Assembly (NCBI GenBank): GCA_026415615.1
Contig: JAOAGT010000001.1
Location: 421,455 to 485,454, forward strand
DNA: 64,000 nt
Source: Thermoleophilia bacterium
GTDB taxonomy: Bacteria > Actinomycetota > Thermoleophilia > RBG-16-64-13
Direction of reading: 5' to 3'
Position numbers and translations under genes: made by a program
Part shown: piece by piece, positions 55,476-64,000 of the stretch
Layout: every line of letters begins with the position of its first letter
How positions within the stretch are numbered: the first letter of the stretch is position 1
The notes under the pieces: generated by a model
Database searches by the model: none
What the model saw: only the letters and a program-made list of their open reading frames with translations
Told to the model about the DNA's origin: nothing

Positions 55476-58133
55476 ATGCCCGTAGTTCATCAGTTTAGCG
55501 TCCGTCCCGAGATACCGGAGCGTCTGAGCAGCCTAGAGGAGCTTGCTCTTAACCTGCGCTGGACCTGGGACCCGCGCGCTTACAAGGTCTTTCAGCATCT
55601 TGACCCCCAACTGTTGGAGAAGTCCGGGGGAAATCCAGTCTTTGTGCTTCGGCGTATCTCGCGAGAACGACTGGAGCAAGCGGCAACCGAGGCTGCCTTT
55701 CTCACTCATCTTGACGAAGCAGTGGCGGATCTAAGGCGCTACCTGGCTGAGCCTGGGTGGTTTCAGGCCTACTACCCGGAGCGCAAGGATCTTCGTATAG
55801 CGTATTTCTGCATGGAGTACGGGCTGACGCACTGTTTGCCCATATATTCCGGCGGTCTTGGCGTTCTGGCAGGAGATCACCTAAAGGCCGCTAGCGCTCT
55901 GGGGATTCCCCTGGTGGCTGTGGGGCTTCTTTATCACCGTGGCCACTTCACACAGCGGCTTACGGATGAGTACTGGCAAACCGAGGAGTATCGTCTCTAT
56001 GACTTTAGCCATATGCCGATTGTCCCGGTGGTGGAGGGGGAAAGGTGGCGTCCGCCGGGAGAGGCGGCTGTTCCACCCGAGCCACATGTCTCTGCTTCTC
56101 CAGTCTCATCCTCGCCGGCAGCGCCTGGGTCGCGGCAGCTTAAGATCTCCGTGGAGATTAGCGGCCGGACGGTCTGGGCAAGGGTGTGGAAAGCGCAGGT
56201 GGGCCGCGTGCCGCTGTATCTGCTTGATTCTTTCTTGCCCGAGAACGATCTCTTTGGACAACGCATTACTGGGGAGCTTTACGGCGGCGGTCTAGAGGAG
56301 CGTCTGGCTCAGGAGCTCTTGTTGGGCATTGGCGGCATGCGGGCGCTGAAAGCCCTGGGCGTCGATCCCCAGGTGTGCCACCTGAACGAAGGACATACGG
56401 TCTTTGCGAGCCTAGAACGCGTGCGGGAAATCATGGAGCAGGAGGGAGCTTCGTTCATGGAGGCTCGTCTTGCGGCGGGAGCGGGAACTCTCTTTACCAC
56501 TCACACTACAGTACCCGCCGGTTTTGATCTTTTCCCGCAAGCGCTGATCGAATCGTATCTGGGGAGCTTTCTTGCGCAGCTGGGTCTGACGGGCGAGGAG
56601 TTTATGCGGATGGGCAGAGTCTGCCCAGATGACCCGCACGAGGACTTCAATGTAGCGGTGCTGGCTCTGAGACATGCGCCGCGGCGAAACGCTGTGAGCA
56701 GGCTTCACCGCCGCGCTACAGCCCGCATGATGGCGCCTGGTTGGCCCGGTTTTCCTCTGCGTGAGATTCCGGTGGAGACCGTGACCAACGGGGTTCACAT
56801 TAAGAGCTGGGTGGCTCCCGAGATGGCGCAATTGTTTGACCACTATCTGGGCCCAAGGTGGAGAGAAGACACCTGGGCCCCTGATGCGTGGCAGAGGGTG
56901 GAGCGGATCCCCGATCTTGAGCTCTGGCACGCTCACAGCCGGCTACGGGCACGGCTGGTGGCTTACGCTCGTGAGCAAGCGCTTAAACAACGGCGGGGCA
57001 GACTATCGGGCGGGGCCCGCGGCCTGCACTCGGGGACAAACGGGCTGGGCGGGCCGCTTCGGCCCGATGTGCTTACCATAGGCTTCGCCCGGCGCTTTGC
57101 GGCCTACAAGCGCGCGGACCTCATCTTTCGCGACGTGGAGCGCCTCAAGAAGATCTTGCTCTCTGAGACTCGTCCAGTGCAGCTCATTTTTGCTGGTAAA
57201 GCTCATCCTCGCGACGGAGCTGGAAAAGAAATCCTGCGTAGGATTTTGGAGACCGTAGATCGGGAAGGTCTGAGCAACCACGTAGTTTTCTTGGAGGATT
57301 ACGACTTAAGCAAGGCAGCAATGCTGGTCCAAGGCGTGGATGTCTGGCTAAACACTCCACGACGTCCGTGGGAGGCATGTGGCACTAGCGGCATGAAGGC
57401 GGTGGCTAACGGCGGGCTACATCTTTCGGTGCTGGACGGCTGGTGGGCGGAAGCCTACCGCCCAGGAGTGGGCTGGGCCATCGGCGAGGGTCAGGAGTTC
57501 GTGCATGCAGACTATCAAGATGAGGTTGACGCTGAGTCTTTGTACTCTCTGCTCGAGAACGAAGTTGTGCCCTTGTTTTATGAGCGCGATGCGGACGGCT
57601 TGCCCCGTGGCTGGATTGCTATGATGAAGAACTCCATCCGGGTGCTCAGTCCAGTCTTCTCGGCAGAGAGAATGCTAAAGCAATACACCGAGCGCTTTTA
57701 CCTGCCCATGAGTGAGCGATACCAGCGCGTGTCCGCGGGCGGTTTGGCTAAAGCAAGGCAGCTAGCTTCCTGGAGGGAGCGGGTAAGAGAAGCCTGGCCG
57801 GCGGTTAGGATATCCGCGGTGGAGGTGGAGGGCTCTCGGGAGCTCACCGTAGGCCAGACGTTCGAAGTAAAGGCCAGAGTCTCCTTGGGTGCTCTCGACC
57901 CGGCCGACGTTTCGGTTGAGGCTTACGTGAGTGGTCTCAAGCCGGACGGTACTCTAAAGGATGGTCATGCGGTTCCTCTTCAGTGGGCTGGTTTTTCGGA
58001 AGGTGAGCATCTGTACCGGGGTTGCATCACTGCCAAGAGAGCGGGCCTACAAGGCTTTGCTGTGCGGGTGCTTCCCTATCACGAGGATCTTCTCATCCCC
58101 AATGAGCTGCCGCTGATCACCTGGCACGAGTAG
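55476..58133 (+). CDS. glgP: Alpha-glucan (glycogen/maltodextrin) phosphorylase, GT35, GlgP 'alpha-glucan phosphorylase' subfamily
   Basis: N-terminal DUF3417-like LALNLRWTWDP, a GT35 core (LAGDHLKAASALGIPLVAVGLLYHRGHF...), and the PLP-Lys region (ACGTSGMKAVANGG). Start at the ATG at 55476 with AGGGGG 9 nt upstream; the track starts at the GTG at 55449. Confidence 0.85.
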   Translation: MPVVHQFSVRPEIPERLSSLEELALNLRWTWDPRAYKVFQHLDPQLLEKSGGNPVFVLRRISRERLEQAATEAAFLTHLDEAVADLRRYLAEPGWFQAYYPERKDLRIAYFCMEYGLTHCLPIYSGGLGVLAGDHLKAASALGIPLVAVGLLYHRGHFTQRLTDEYWQTEEYRLYDFSHMPIVPVVEGERWRPPGEAAVPPEPHVSASPVSSSPAAPGSRQLKISVEISGRTVWARVWKAQVGRVPLYLLDSFLPENDLFGQRITGELYGGGLEERLAQELLLGIGGMRALKALGVDPQVCHLNEGHTVFASLERVREIMEQEGASFMEARLAAGAGTLFTTHTTVPAGFDLFPQALIESYLGSFLAQLGLTGEEFMRMGRVCPDDPHEDFNVAVLALRHAPRRNAVSRLHRRATARMMAPGWPGFPLREIPVETVTNGVHIKSWVAPEMAQLFDHYLGPRWREDTWAPDAWQRVERIPDLELWHAHSRLRARLVAYAREQALKQRRGRLSGGARGLHSGTNGLGGPLRPDVLTIGFARRFAAYKRADLIFRDVERLKKILLSETRPVQLIFAGKAHPRDGAGKEILRRILETVDREGLSNHVVFLEDYDLSKAAMLVQGVDVWLNTPRRPWEACGTSGMKAVANGGLHLSVLDGWWAEAYRPGVGWAIGEGQEFVHADYQDEVDAESLYSLLENEVVPLFYERDADGLPRGWIAMMKNSIRVLSPVFSAERMLKQYTERFYLPMSERYQRVSAGGLAKARQLASWRERVREAWPAVRISAVEVEGSRELTVGQTFEVKARVSLGALDPADVSVEAYVSGLKPDGTLKDGHAVPLQWAGFSEGEHLYRGCITAKRAGLQGFAVRVLPYHEDLLIPNELPLITWHE

Positions 58134-58190
58134 TCGCGAGCTATGCTGCACGAGTAGTCGCGAGCCGCGCGGCACGAGTAGTCACTGGTT
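58120..58190. repeat. 23-24-bp tandem repeat (GCACGAGTAGTCGCGAGC core, about 2.7 copies) spanning the glgP stop codon
   Basis: Copies at 58125..58142, 58148..58165 and 58172..58183, read directly from the sequence. Confidence 0.75.
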
Positions 58191-58411
58191 TACAACGAGC
58201 TGCGAGCAAGCCGCCTGGTCAAGACAAGCGCGCCACCAAGCGCGCCACGCGGGCGGCGTCTTGACGTCGTTTTCTTTTACCGAGTGCTTCTCTCATCGGG
58301 TTTTTTCATCAGGCCCTGATAAAAACTGCTTGACTCCAGTCTTGGCTTGGCGATAGGATTCTGGGCGGCAGGGACCAACTCAGGGCTCACAAACCGAGGA
58401 ACGGGGGGATA

Positions 58412-59257
58412 TTGAAGGGGGGAAAGCCTCATACAGAGGCAAGCGAGGATCCGATTATTCGGATCGACGATATCTCGCTTAGCTTCGGTGGTGTTAACGC
58501 GCTTTCGAGCGTAAGCCTCGATGTTCGCAGAAATGAAATCCTGGCCATTATCGGGCCCAACGGGGCCGGCAAGACCGCTCTTCTGAACTGCATTACCGGT
58601 TTCTACAAACCACAAAAGGGCGAGATCTACTTTGAAGGACACAAGATCACTCGGCAGCGGCCGGACAAGCTGGCCAAGTTAGGCATCGCCCGCACGTTCC
58701 AAAACATCGAGCTTTACACCGGTCTTACGACGCAGGACAACCTCATGGCCGCTCGGCACGTTTTCATGAAGCAGACCTTCGTTGACGGCGCAGTCTATTT
58801 TGGGCGTTCCCGCAAAGAGGAGCTAAAGCACCGGCAAAGAGTGGAAGAGATCATTGATTTCCTTGAGATGCAGTCCATCCGCAAACAGATAGTGGGCTCG
58901 CTGCCTTATGGACTGCGCAAGCGAGTGGAGCTCGGCCGGGCTTTGGCTTTGGAGCCCAAGGTCCTGCTCTTGGACGAGCCGATGGCGGGCATGAACCTCG
59001 AAGAAAAAGAAGACATCGCCCGTTTTATTCTCGACGTGTACGAGGGCCAGGGTGACACCTATCCGGACAATCCGGTTCTTAGAGATGGGGTGCGGAGCAT
59101 AATCCTGGTGGAGCATGACATGGGCGTAGTCATGGACCTCGCCGAGCGCATCGCGGTGCTCAACTTCGGTCGCAAGATCGCAGAAGGCACTCCGGCTGAG
59201 GTGAGGTCCGATCCGTTGGTCATCGAGGCATATCTGGGTCAAGGGACAGGTCTATAG
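58412..59257 (+). CDS. livG: Branched-chain amino acid-type ABC transporter ATP-binding protein LivG
   Basis: TTG start. Walker A GPNGAGKT and a LivG-type N-terminus (ISLSFGGVNALSSVSLDV). The signature region is present. Confidence 0.8.
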   Translation: MKGGKPHTEASEDPIIRIDDISLSFGGVNALSSVSLDVRRNEILAIIGPNGAGKTALLNCITGFYKPQKGEIYFEGHKITRQRPDKLAKLGIARTFQNIELYTGLTTQDNLMAARHVFMKQTFVDGAVYFGRSRKEELKHRQRVEEIIDFLEMQSIRKQIVGSLPYGLRKRVELGRALALEPKVLLLDEPMAGMNLEEKEDIARFILDVYEGQGDTYPDNPVLRDGVRSIILVEHDMGVVMDLAERIAVLNFGRKIAEGTPAEVRSDPLVIEAYLGQGTGL

Positions 59258-60051
59258 TGCTCGAGGTTAGAAACATCGAAGTTGCCTATCTGGGCGTAAT
59301 CAGGGTTCTCCACGGAGTCTCTCTTCAGGTAGGGCCTGGACAGGTGGTTGCTCTCCTGGGGGCAAACGGAGCGGGCAAGACCACTACTCTTAAGGCGATT
59401 TCTGGGTTGCTCAAAGTCGAGCAAGGCCAGATCACAAGCGGCGAGATTTACCTAGAAGGCAAGAGGATCGATCACCTCGGTCCCGAGGACATCGCCGCTC
59501 TGGGTATCAGCCAAGTGATGGAAGGTAGGCGAGTCCTCGAGCACTTGACTGTCGAGGAAAACCTGTTGGTGGGAGCCTACCGGCGCCGCGACCGCGCAGC
59601 CGTGAAGAGGGATCTGGAGATGGTATACGACTACTTCCCGCGGCTGCGTGAATACCGCAAGCGCGTAAGCGGCTACTTGTCCGGCGGGGAGCAGCAGATG
59701 ATGGTTATCGGCCGGGCGCTGATGGCGGATCCCCGGCTTATGCTGCTCGATGAGCCCTCGCTAGGTTTGGCCCCATTGGCGGTGGCCGAGATCTACAAGA
59801 TCGTGGAGCGAATCAGCCGGGAGCGCGGCGTTTCCCTACTAATTGTGGAGCAGAACGTGAAGGCTGCCTTGGGGGTAGCCAGTTACGGCTACGTTATGGA
59901 AAACGGGCGCATCGTGCTAGATGGGCCCGCCGACAAACTCAAGGATAACGAGGACGTGAAGGAATTCTACATGGGGATTTCCTCCAGCGGCACTCGCAAG
60001 AGCTACCGCGAGATCAAGCATTACCGGCGGCGCAAGAGGTGGTTGGCGTGA
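59257..60051 (+). CDS. livF: Branched-chain amino acid-type ABC transporter ATP-binding protein LivF
   Basis: Walker A GANGAGKTT, signature LSGGEQQM. Confidence 0.8.
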   Translation: MLEVRNIEVAYLGVIRVLHGVSLQVGPGQVVALLGANGAGKTTTLKAISGLLKVEQGQITSGEIYLEGKRIDHLGPEDIAALGISQVMEGRRVLEHLTVEENLLVGAYRRRDRAAVKRDLEMVYDYFPRLREYRKRVSGYLSGGEQQMMVIGRALMADPRLMLLDEPSLGLAPLAVAEIYKIVERISRERGVSLLIVEQNVKAALGVASYGYVMENGRIVLDGPADKLKDNEDVKEFYMGISSSGTRKSYREIKHYRRRKRWLA

Positions 60052-62000
60052 CAGCTCTCAAAGCGCATCTGGATCTCACTGAGCTCAACACCTGGCCCAA
60101 GGTTCTTAAGTATAACGCCTCCCACTACGGCTCAGCCCATGCCGCCATGCGCTTTAAGCACTACGGTATTTGGCAGACGTATTCCTGGCAGGATTATCTG
60201 CAGCGGGTCAAGGAGATCGCATTGGGACTGCGGTCTTTGGGTTTTGGTCCGGGTAGCCGGCTCCTGGTGATTGGCGATAACTGCCCGGAGTGGTATTTCG
60301 CGGAGATGGCGGCTCAGTGTAACCGGGGGGTGTGTGTCGGGCTCTATGCCGATTTCTCAGCCGCCGAGATTGAGTACGTCGCTCGGGATTCCGCGGCCGA
60401 GTTTGCTCTGGTGGAGGACCAGGAGCAGGTGGACAAGATTCTTCAGGTGCGGGACCGTCTGCCCGCGTTAAAGCATGTGCTCTTTTGGCGGTACAAAGGC
60501 CTTGACCGACCAGAGTACGAGGGGCTTGTGGGTATCCGTGAACTTACGGCCCAAGGGCGGGCGTATGAAGCGGCGCACCCCGGCGAGTTTGAGTCCACGG
60601 TGGCCGCAGGCGAGCCTGATGATCTTTGCGCCATCGTTTACACCTCAGGAGCGACGGGGGAGTGGCCGAAGGGGGCGTTGCACAGTCATCGCAGCTTGAT
60701 GGCAAGCGCTCGCCCTTATTTTGAACTAGACGACTTACACGCCAGCGACAGCATGGCTACTGCTCTACCTCCCGCGTGGATCACGGAGCAGATCTTGGGG
60801 TACTGCTGTCACCTCTTGTCTGGCGCCACAATGAACTTTCCTGAAAACTCTGAGACTCTGCGAGAAGACATCCGCGAAGTGGCTCCCACCGTGGTGGTTT
60901 ACAGTGCCCGACTGTGGGAAGGTCAGATTGGACAAATTGAGGCGGGTCTACGCGGAGCCACTCGGCTCAAACGATGGTTTTCGGACCGGCTCTTGCCGGT
61001 GGGCGATCAGTTGGCGGCGGCAAGGTATAGCGGCAGGTCGCTAGGCTGGAAGCTTGCGATTCTGCGTATTGCGGCAGAGCTTTTCGTATTTCGCAAGATC
61101 CGGGATGGCCTTGGTTTGCCGCGAGTGAGACTGGCGTACACTTTCGGGTCAGTTCTTTCACCGGACGCTCTCCGCTTTTTTCACGGTTTAGGAGTCCGGG
61201 TGAAGAACGTCTATTGCTCTGCTGAGGCGGGAGCCGTTACCGGCGCGGGAGACCGCGTGCAAACTCCGGGAACAGTGGGCCGCCTGAACCCCGGGGTGGA
61301 GGTGTCTGTGAGTGACCGAGGCGAGCTCCTGGTGCGTAGTGAGGGACGCTTCCGGGGCTACTGCAGCGGCGAGGTGGTGTCGGAGAGAGCTGACCTTGGA
61401 GCAGGGTTGGACGGCTGGCTTCATACAGGAGACACCGGACACATTAACGGCGACCGGGAACTTGTATTCGTCGACCGCCTGGAAGACCTGATGCTGCTTC
61501 CCTGTGGCGACCTTCTTGCTCCTCAGGCCATCGAGAGTCGCCTGCGCCATAGCCCGTATATCCGCGACGCCTGGGTTCTGGCTGGCGCCGATTGTCCTTT
61601 TGTATCGGCTGTCATTGTGGTTGATGCTGAAAACGCGGGCCGCTGGGCCGATCGCCACAAGGTAACCTACACGACTTTTAGCGATCTCTCGCAAAAGCCC
61701 GAAATCTATGACCTCATCGAAAAAGAGATCGCTCGGGTTAACAATCACCTGCCAGCCAGTCACCAAATCCAGAAGTTCGTCAACCTGCACAAAGAACTTG
61801 ATCCCGATGAAAGCGAGCTTACTCGCGATCGGAAACTTCGGCGTAGCGTGCTTAAAAAGCGATACGCGGACTTGGTCAGGGCTCTTAGCGAGGAGTGCTA
61901 TTTGGTGGACGTCGAGGCCGAGATCACTTATCAAGACGGACGAACGGGCAAGCTGAGAACGGCACTTAAGATAGCTGTCGTCGGGTCAGGTGGCGTATGA
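60039..62000 (+). CDS. AMP-dependent synthetase/ligase (long-chain or aromatic acyl-CoA ligase) embedded in the liv-type operon
   Basis: 653 aa, AMP-binding motif IVYTSGATGEWPKGALHSH and an adenylation-domain fold. Confidence 0.75.
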   Translation: MVGVTALKAHLDLTELNTWPKVLKYNASHYGSAHAAMRFKHYGIWQTYSWQDYLQRVKEIALGLRSLGFGPGSRLLVIGDNCPEWYFAEMAAQCNRGVCVGLYADFSAAEIEYVARDSAAEFALVEDQEQVDKILQVRDRLPALKHVLFWRYKGLDRPEYEGLVGIRELTAQGRAYEAAHPGEFESTVAAGEPDDLCAIVYTSGATGEWPKGALHSHRSLMASARPYFELDDLHASDSMATALPPAWITEQILGYCCHLLSGATMNFPENSETLREDIREVAPTVVVYSARLWEGQIGQIEAGLRGATRLKRWFSDRLLPVGDQLAAARYSGRSLGWKLAILRIAAELFVFRKIRDGLGLPRVRLAYTFGSVLSPDALRFFHGLGVRVKNVYCSAEAGAVTGAGDRVQTPGTVGRLNPGVEVSVSDRGELLVRSEGRFRGYCSGEVVSERADLGAGLDGWLHTGDTGHINGDRELVFVDRLEDLMLLPCGDLLAPQAIESRLRHSPYIRDAWVLAGADCPFVSAVIVVDAENAGRWADRHKVTYTTFSDLSQKPEIYDLIEKEIARVNNHLPASHQIQKFVNLHKELDPDESELTRDRKLRRSVLKKRYADLVRALSEECYLVDVEAEITYQDGRTGKLRTALKIAVVGSGGV

Positions 62001-62887
62001 CGTTTTTCTTCCAATTGGTTATTAGCGGTCTTTCCCTGGGCATGATGTACGCCCTGATCGGAGTGGGCTTTGTAGTCATTTTCAAATGCTCCAAGGCTTT
62101 CAACATCGCCGCCGGGCAAATTGTGATGTTGGGGGCATACGTCGGCTACACCTTCCTTAAGCCCTGCGGCCTACCAGTGTGGCTGGCCATTATTCTCTCG
62201 ATCGCGGTGGCCATCATTCTCGGCCTTGTGGTGGAACGGCTTGCCCTCAGGCCGCTCTTGGGGCAGCCGGCGCTTGCCATCGTTATGATGACCATCGCCC
62301 TTGCCGGCGTCATGGACGGGGTGGCCATCGTGGGATGGGGCGGCGAGTACGTCACCTATCACGACTCTCTTCCGGCGGTGACGCTGCATCTCGGGTCGGT
62401 GTCGGTGCCTCCGTCTTCGGTGCTTGCCCTGATCGTGTCTGTGGTGGTAGTGGCGGCCCTGCTCTTTGTGTTTCGGTTTACCAAGATCGGACTTGCCATG
62501 CGGGCTACCGCCGAGGACGAACAGGTGACCCGCAGTCTTGGCATACGGGCCACCATGGTGTACGCGCTTTCGTGGGTCATTGCCAGTGTGGTCGGGGTGG
62601 TGGCCGGAGTTCTGTTGGGCGGGGTTTCGGGAGTATCGCCACCGCTTGCCGATGTGGGCTTGAAAGCGCTTGCTGTGGTTATTTTGGGCGGTCTTGATTC
62701 AGTCGGAGGAGCCGTGGTGGCGGGCGTCATTCTTGGCATCGCAGAGAACTTGGCCGCTGGCTATCTGGATTCCTTACTCCCGTCCGGTGGCGGCCTTGCC
62801 AACGTTTTCCCCTTCATCGTGATGTTGCTTGTGCTGATCTTTAAGCCGCACGGCTTGTTCGGGCTAAAGACCATCGAGAGGGTGTAG
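61997..62887 (+). CDS. livH: ABC permease LivH family
   Basis: 296-aa polytopic permease. Stop/start overlap with the ligase gene. Confidence 0.8.
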   Translation: MTFFFQLVISGLSLGMMYALIGVGFVVIFKCSKAFNIAAGQIVMLGAYVGYTFLKPCGLPVWLAIILSIAVAIILGLVVERLALRPLLGQPALAIVMMTIALAGVMDGVAIVGWGGEYVTYHDSLPAVTLHLGSVSVPPSSVLALIVSVVVVAALLFVFRFTKIGLAMRATAEDEQVTRSLGIRATMVYALSWVIASVVGVVAGVLLGGVSGVSPPLADVGLKALAVVILGGLDSVGGAVVAGVILGIAENLAAGYLDSLLPSGGGLANVFPFIVMLLVLIFKPHGLFGLKTIERV

Positions 62888-62890
62888 ACG

Positions 62891-63928
62891 ATGAGACTGC
62901 CAAGCGGTGTCTTTGCTACAAGCTATGCCAAGGACATGGCCTTGCTGCGGACAAAGCGGCACTGGGTGCTGCTGGTTGTCCTCTTGGCCATTGTTTTTAC
63001 CGTTCCCCAGTGGGCTTCGCATTCTCTGCTTTCGATCTGTACGGTAATCGGCATCACTATCATCGCCGCTCACGGTCTTAACATCCTAACGGGCGCCTGC
63101 GGCCTAGTGTCGCTGGGGCATGCGGGCTTCATGATGGTAGGCGGCTACACCATGGCCATTCTATGCCACTATGCGCACTTTCCGTTCATAGGAGCGTTGC
63201 CGCTGGCTGGTCTGGTGGCCGGAGTGATCGGCCTTATCTTTGGTCTGCCTTCGCTTCGGATAAAGGGCTTTTATCTCATCATGTCAACGGTGGCCGCTTA
63301 CTTCATTATTCACTGGCTGGTGCTTCAGTTCCGCGATCTTACCGGTGGGACCGAGGGGCTTTCCCTACCCTCTCCGGACCTGTTTGGCTGGTCGATTAGG
63401 CCCAAGCCCAACTACTACTATGTGGTGATGGTCATCGCCGTCCTCGCCACCATTGTGGCTAAGAACATTATTCGCACCAGAGCTGGCCGAGCGTTCGTCG
63501 CAATCCGTGACAACGATCTTGCCGCCGAAGCTATGGGGGTAAACCTGTTTTCGTACAAGCTTCAGGCGTTCTTTATCGGTAATGTGTTTGCGGGTGTCGC
63601 TGGAGCGCTGTCTGCCCAGTACTACATGTTTGCCAATGTGGAGCAATTTCCGTTTTTCGACTCGGTCTGGATCATGGGTATGTTGATCGTGGGAGGAATG
63701 GGCAGCGTTTCCGGCACCATTTACGGCGCCATATTCATCAAACTGCTTCAACAGGTGGCGGTGCAACTCGGGCCGGCGCTGGGTCAGATTGCTAACCCTC
63801 AGACTGCTACCGGCCTTGGTCTCGTTCTGCCCAGCCTGGCCATTATCCTGTTCTTGATTTTTGCTCCGAGAGGGATTGCCAACCTACTTGAGCGGGTTCG
63901 CAATTACCTACAAGCCTGGCCCTATTAG
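62891..63928 (+). CDS. livM: ABC permease LivM family
   Basis: 345-aa polytopic permease. It is followed by AAAGGAGGTG, presumably the RBS of the next gene beyond the window end. Confidence 0.8.
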   Translation: MRLPSGVFATSYAKDMALLRTKRHWVLLVVLLAIVFTVPQWASHSLLSICTVIGITIIAAHGLNILTGACGLVSLGHAGFMMVGGYTMAILCHYAHFPFIGALPLAGLVAGVIGLIFGLPSLRIKGFYLIMSTVAAYFIIHWLVLQFRDLTGGTEGLSLPSPDLFGWSIRPKPNYYYVVMVIAVLATIVAKNIIRTRAGRAFVAIRDNDLAAEAMGVNLFSYKLQAFFIGNVFAGVAGALSAQYYMFANVEQFPFFDSVWIMGMLIVGGMGSVSGTIYGAIFIKLLQQVAVQLGPALGQIANPQTATGLGLVLPSLAIILFLIFAPRGIANLLERVRNYLQAWPY

Positions 63929-64000
63929 ATTTTTTCGGCGCTCCAACGGCGCCTTGAAAGGAGGTGGGTTTTCGGAAGGAGCAGTGAGGGCTTAAGACTT

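Noticed and set aside
62179-62697. 172-aa Gly/Arg-rich plus-strand ORF
   Set aside because: Alternative frame inside livH. It is low complexity and overlaps a bona fide permease gene.

Overview
This 64-kb window is a high-GC (about 60%) bacterial chromosomal segment with dense, mostly operonic coding. It looks like a monoderm, Firmicutes-like genome: lipoproteins carry Thr-rich linkers after an L-x-A-C lipobox, and the chemotaxis set is Bacillus-type (CheC/CheY/CheB/CheR). All calls are from reading the sequence and the six-frame track; no database searches were run.

Main content, left to right:
1. A roughly 13-kb minus-strand chemosensory operon (1..13189), tightly coupled by start/stop overlaps. 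Order: cheY-like, cheA, cheW, an all-coiled-coil cytoplasmic MCP, a PAS + HEAT-repeat (phycobilisome-lyase-like) protein, cheR, cheB, cheY, cheC, a PAS-PAS-HisKA-HATPase-REC hybrid kinase, then a further PAS protein that runs off the left edge. There are no flagellar genes. The composition resembles the Myxococcus xanthus Che7-type 'alternative cellular function' system that pairs a soluble MCP with the HEAT protein Cpc7. This is the most interesting system in the window.
2. Divergent from it, a cobalamin riboswitch (clear B12 box) with an intrinsic terminator, followed by cobC-cobU-cobT-cobS-cobD-cbiB (nucleotide-loop assembly and aminopropanol arm).
3. A three-domain fusion gene (winged-helix N-terminus + glucosyl-3-phosphoglycerate-synthase-like GT + HAD-IB phosphatase). 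A perfect palindrome TGTAAC-N6-GTTACA sits in its divergent promoter region shared with an EamA transporter.
4. An ArsB/NhaD-type permease, a TRAP transporter (dctQMP), a CDP-alcohol phosphatidyltransferase, malic enzyme, alanine racemase, and a membrane-anchored GAF-GAF-SpoIIE (PP2C) phosphatase.
5. A tRNA cluster Glu(TTC)-Val(TAC)-Asp(GTC)-Phe(GAA) with an extended -10 promoter.
6. An MBL hydrolase, a GTTGGCG-type repeat array, an SDR, an MFS transporter, ktrB-ktrA and uspA.
7. A queuosine cluster in which queF and queC are fused in frame (QueF N-terminal), followed by queD and queE.
8. A solute-utilisation locus: a bicupin protein, a URO-D-family protein, an Opp/Dpp-type ABC transporter (two permeases, two ATPases), an SDR, a nitroreductase, a paralogous single cupin and a family-5 substrate-binding protein.
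9. A small orphan ORF bracketed by two terminators, an alpha-glucan phosphorylase followed by a 24-bp tandem repeat, and livG-livF-(acyl-CoA ligase)-livH-livM.
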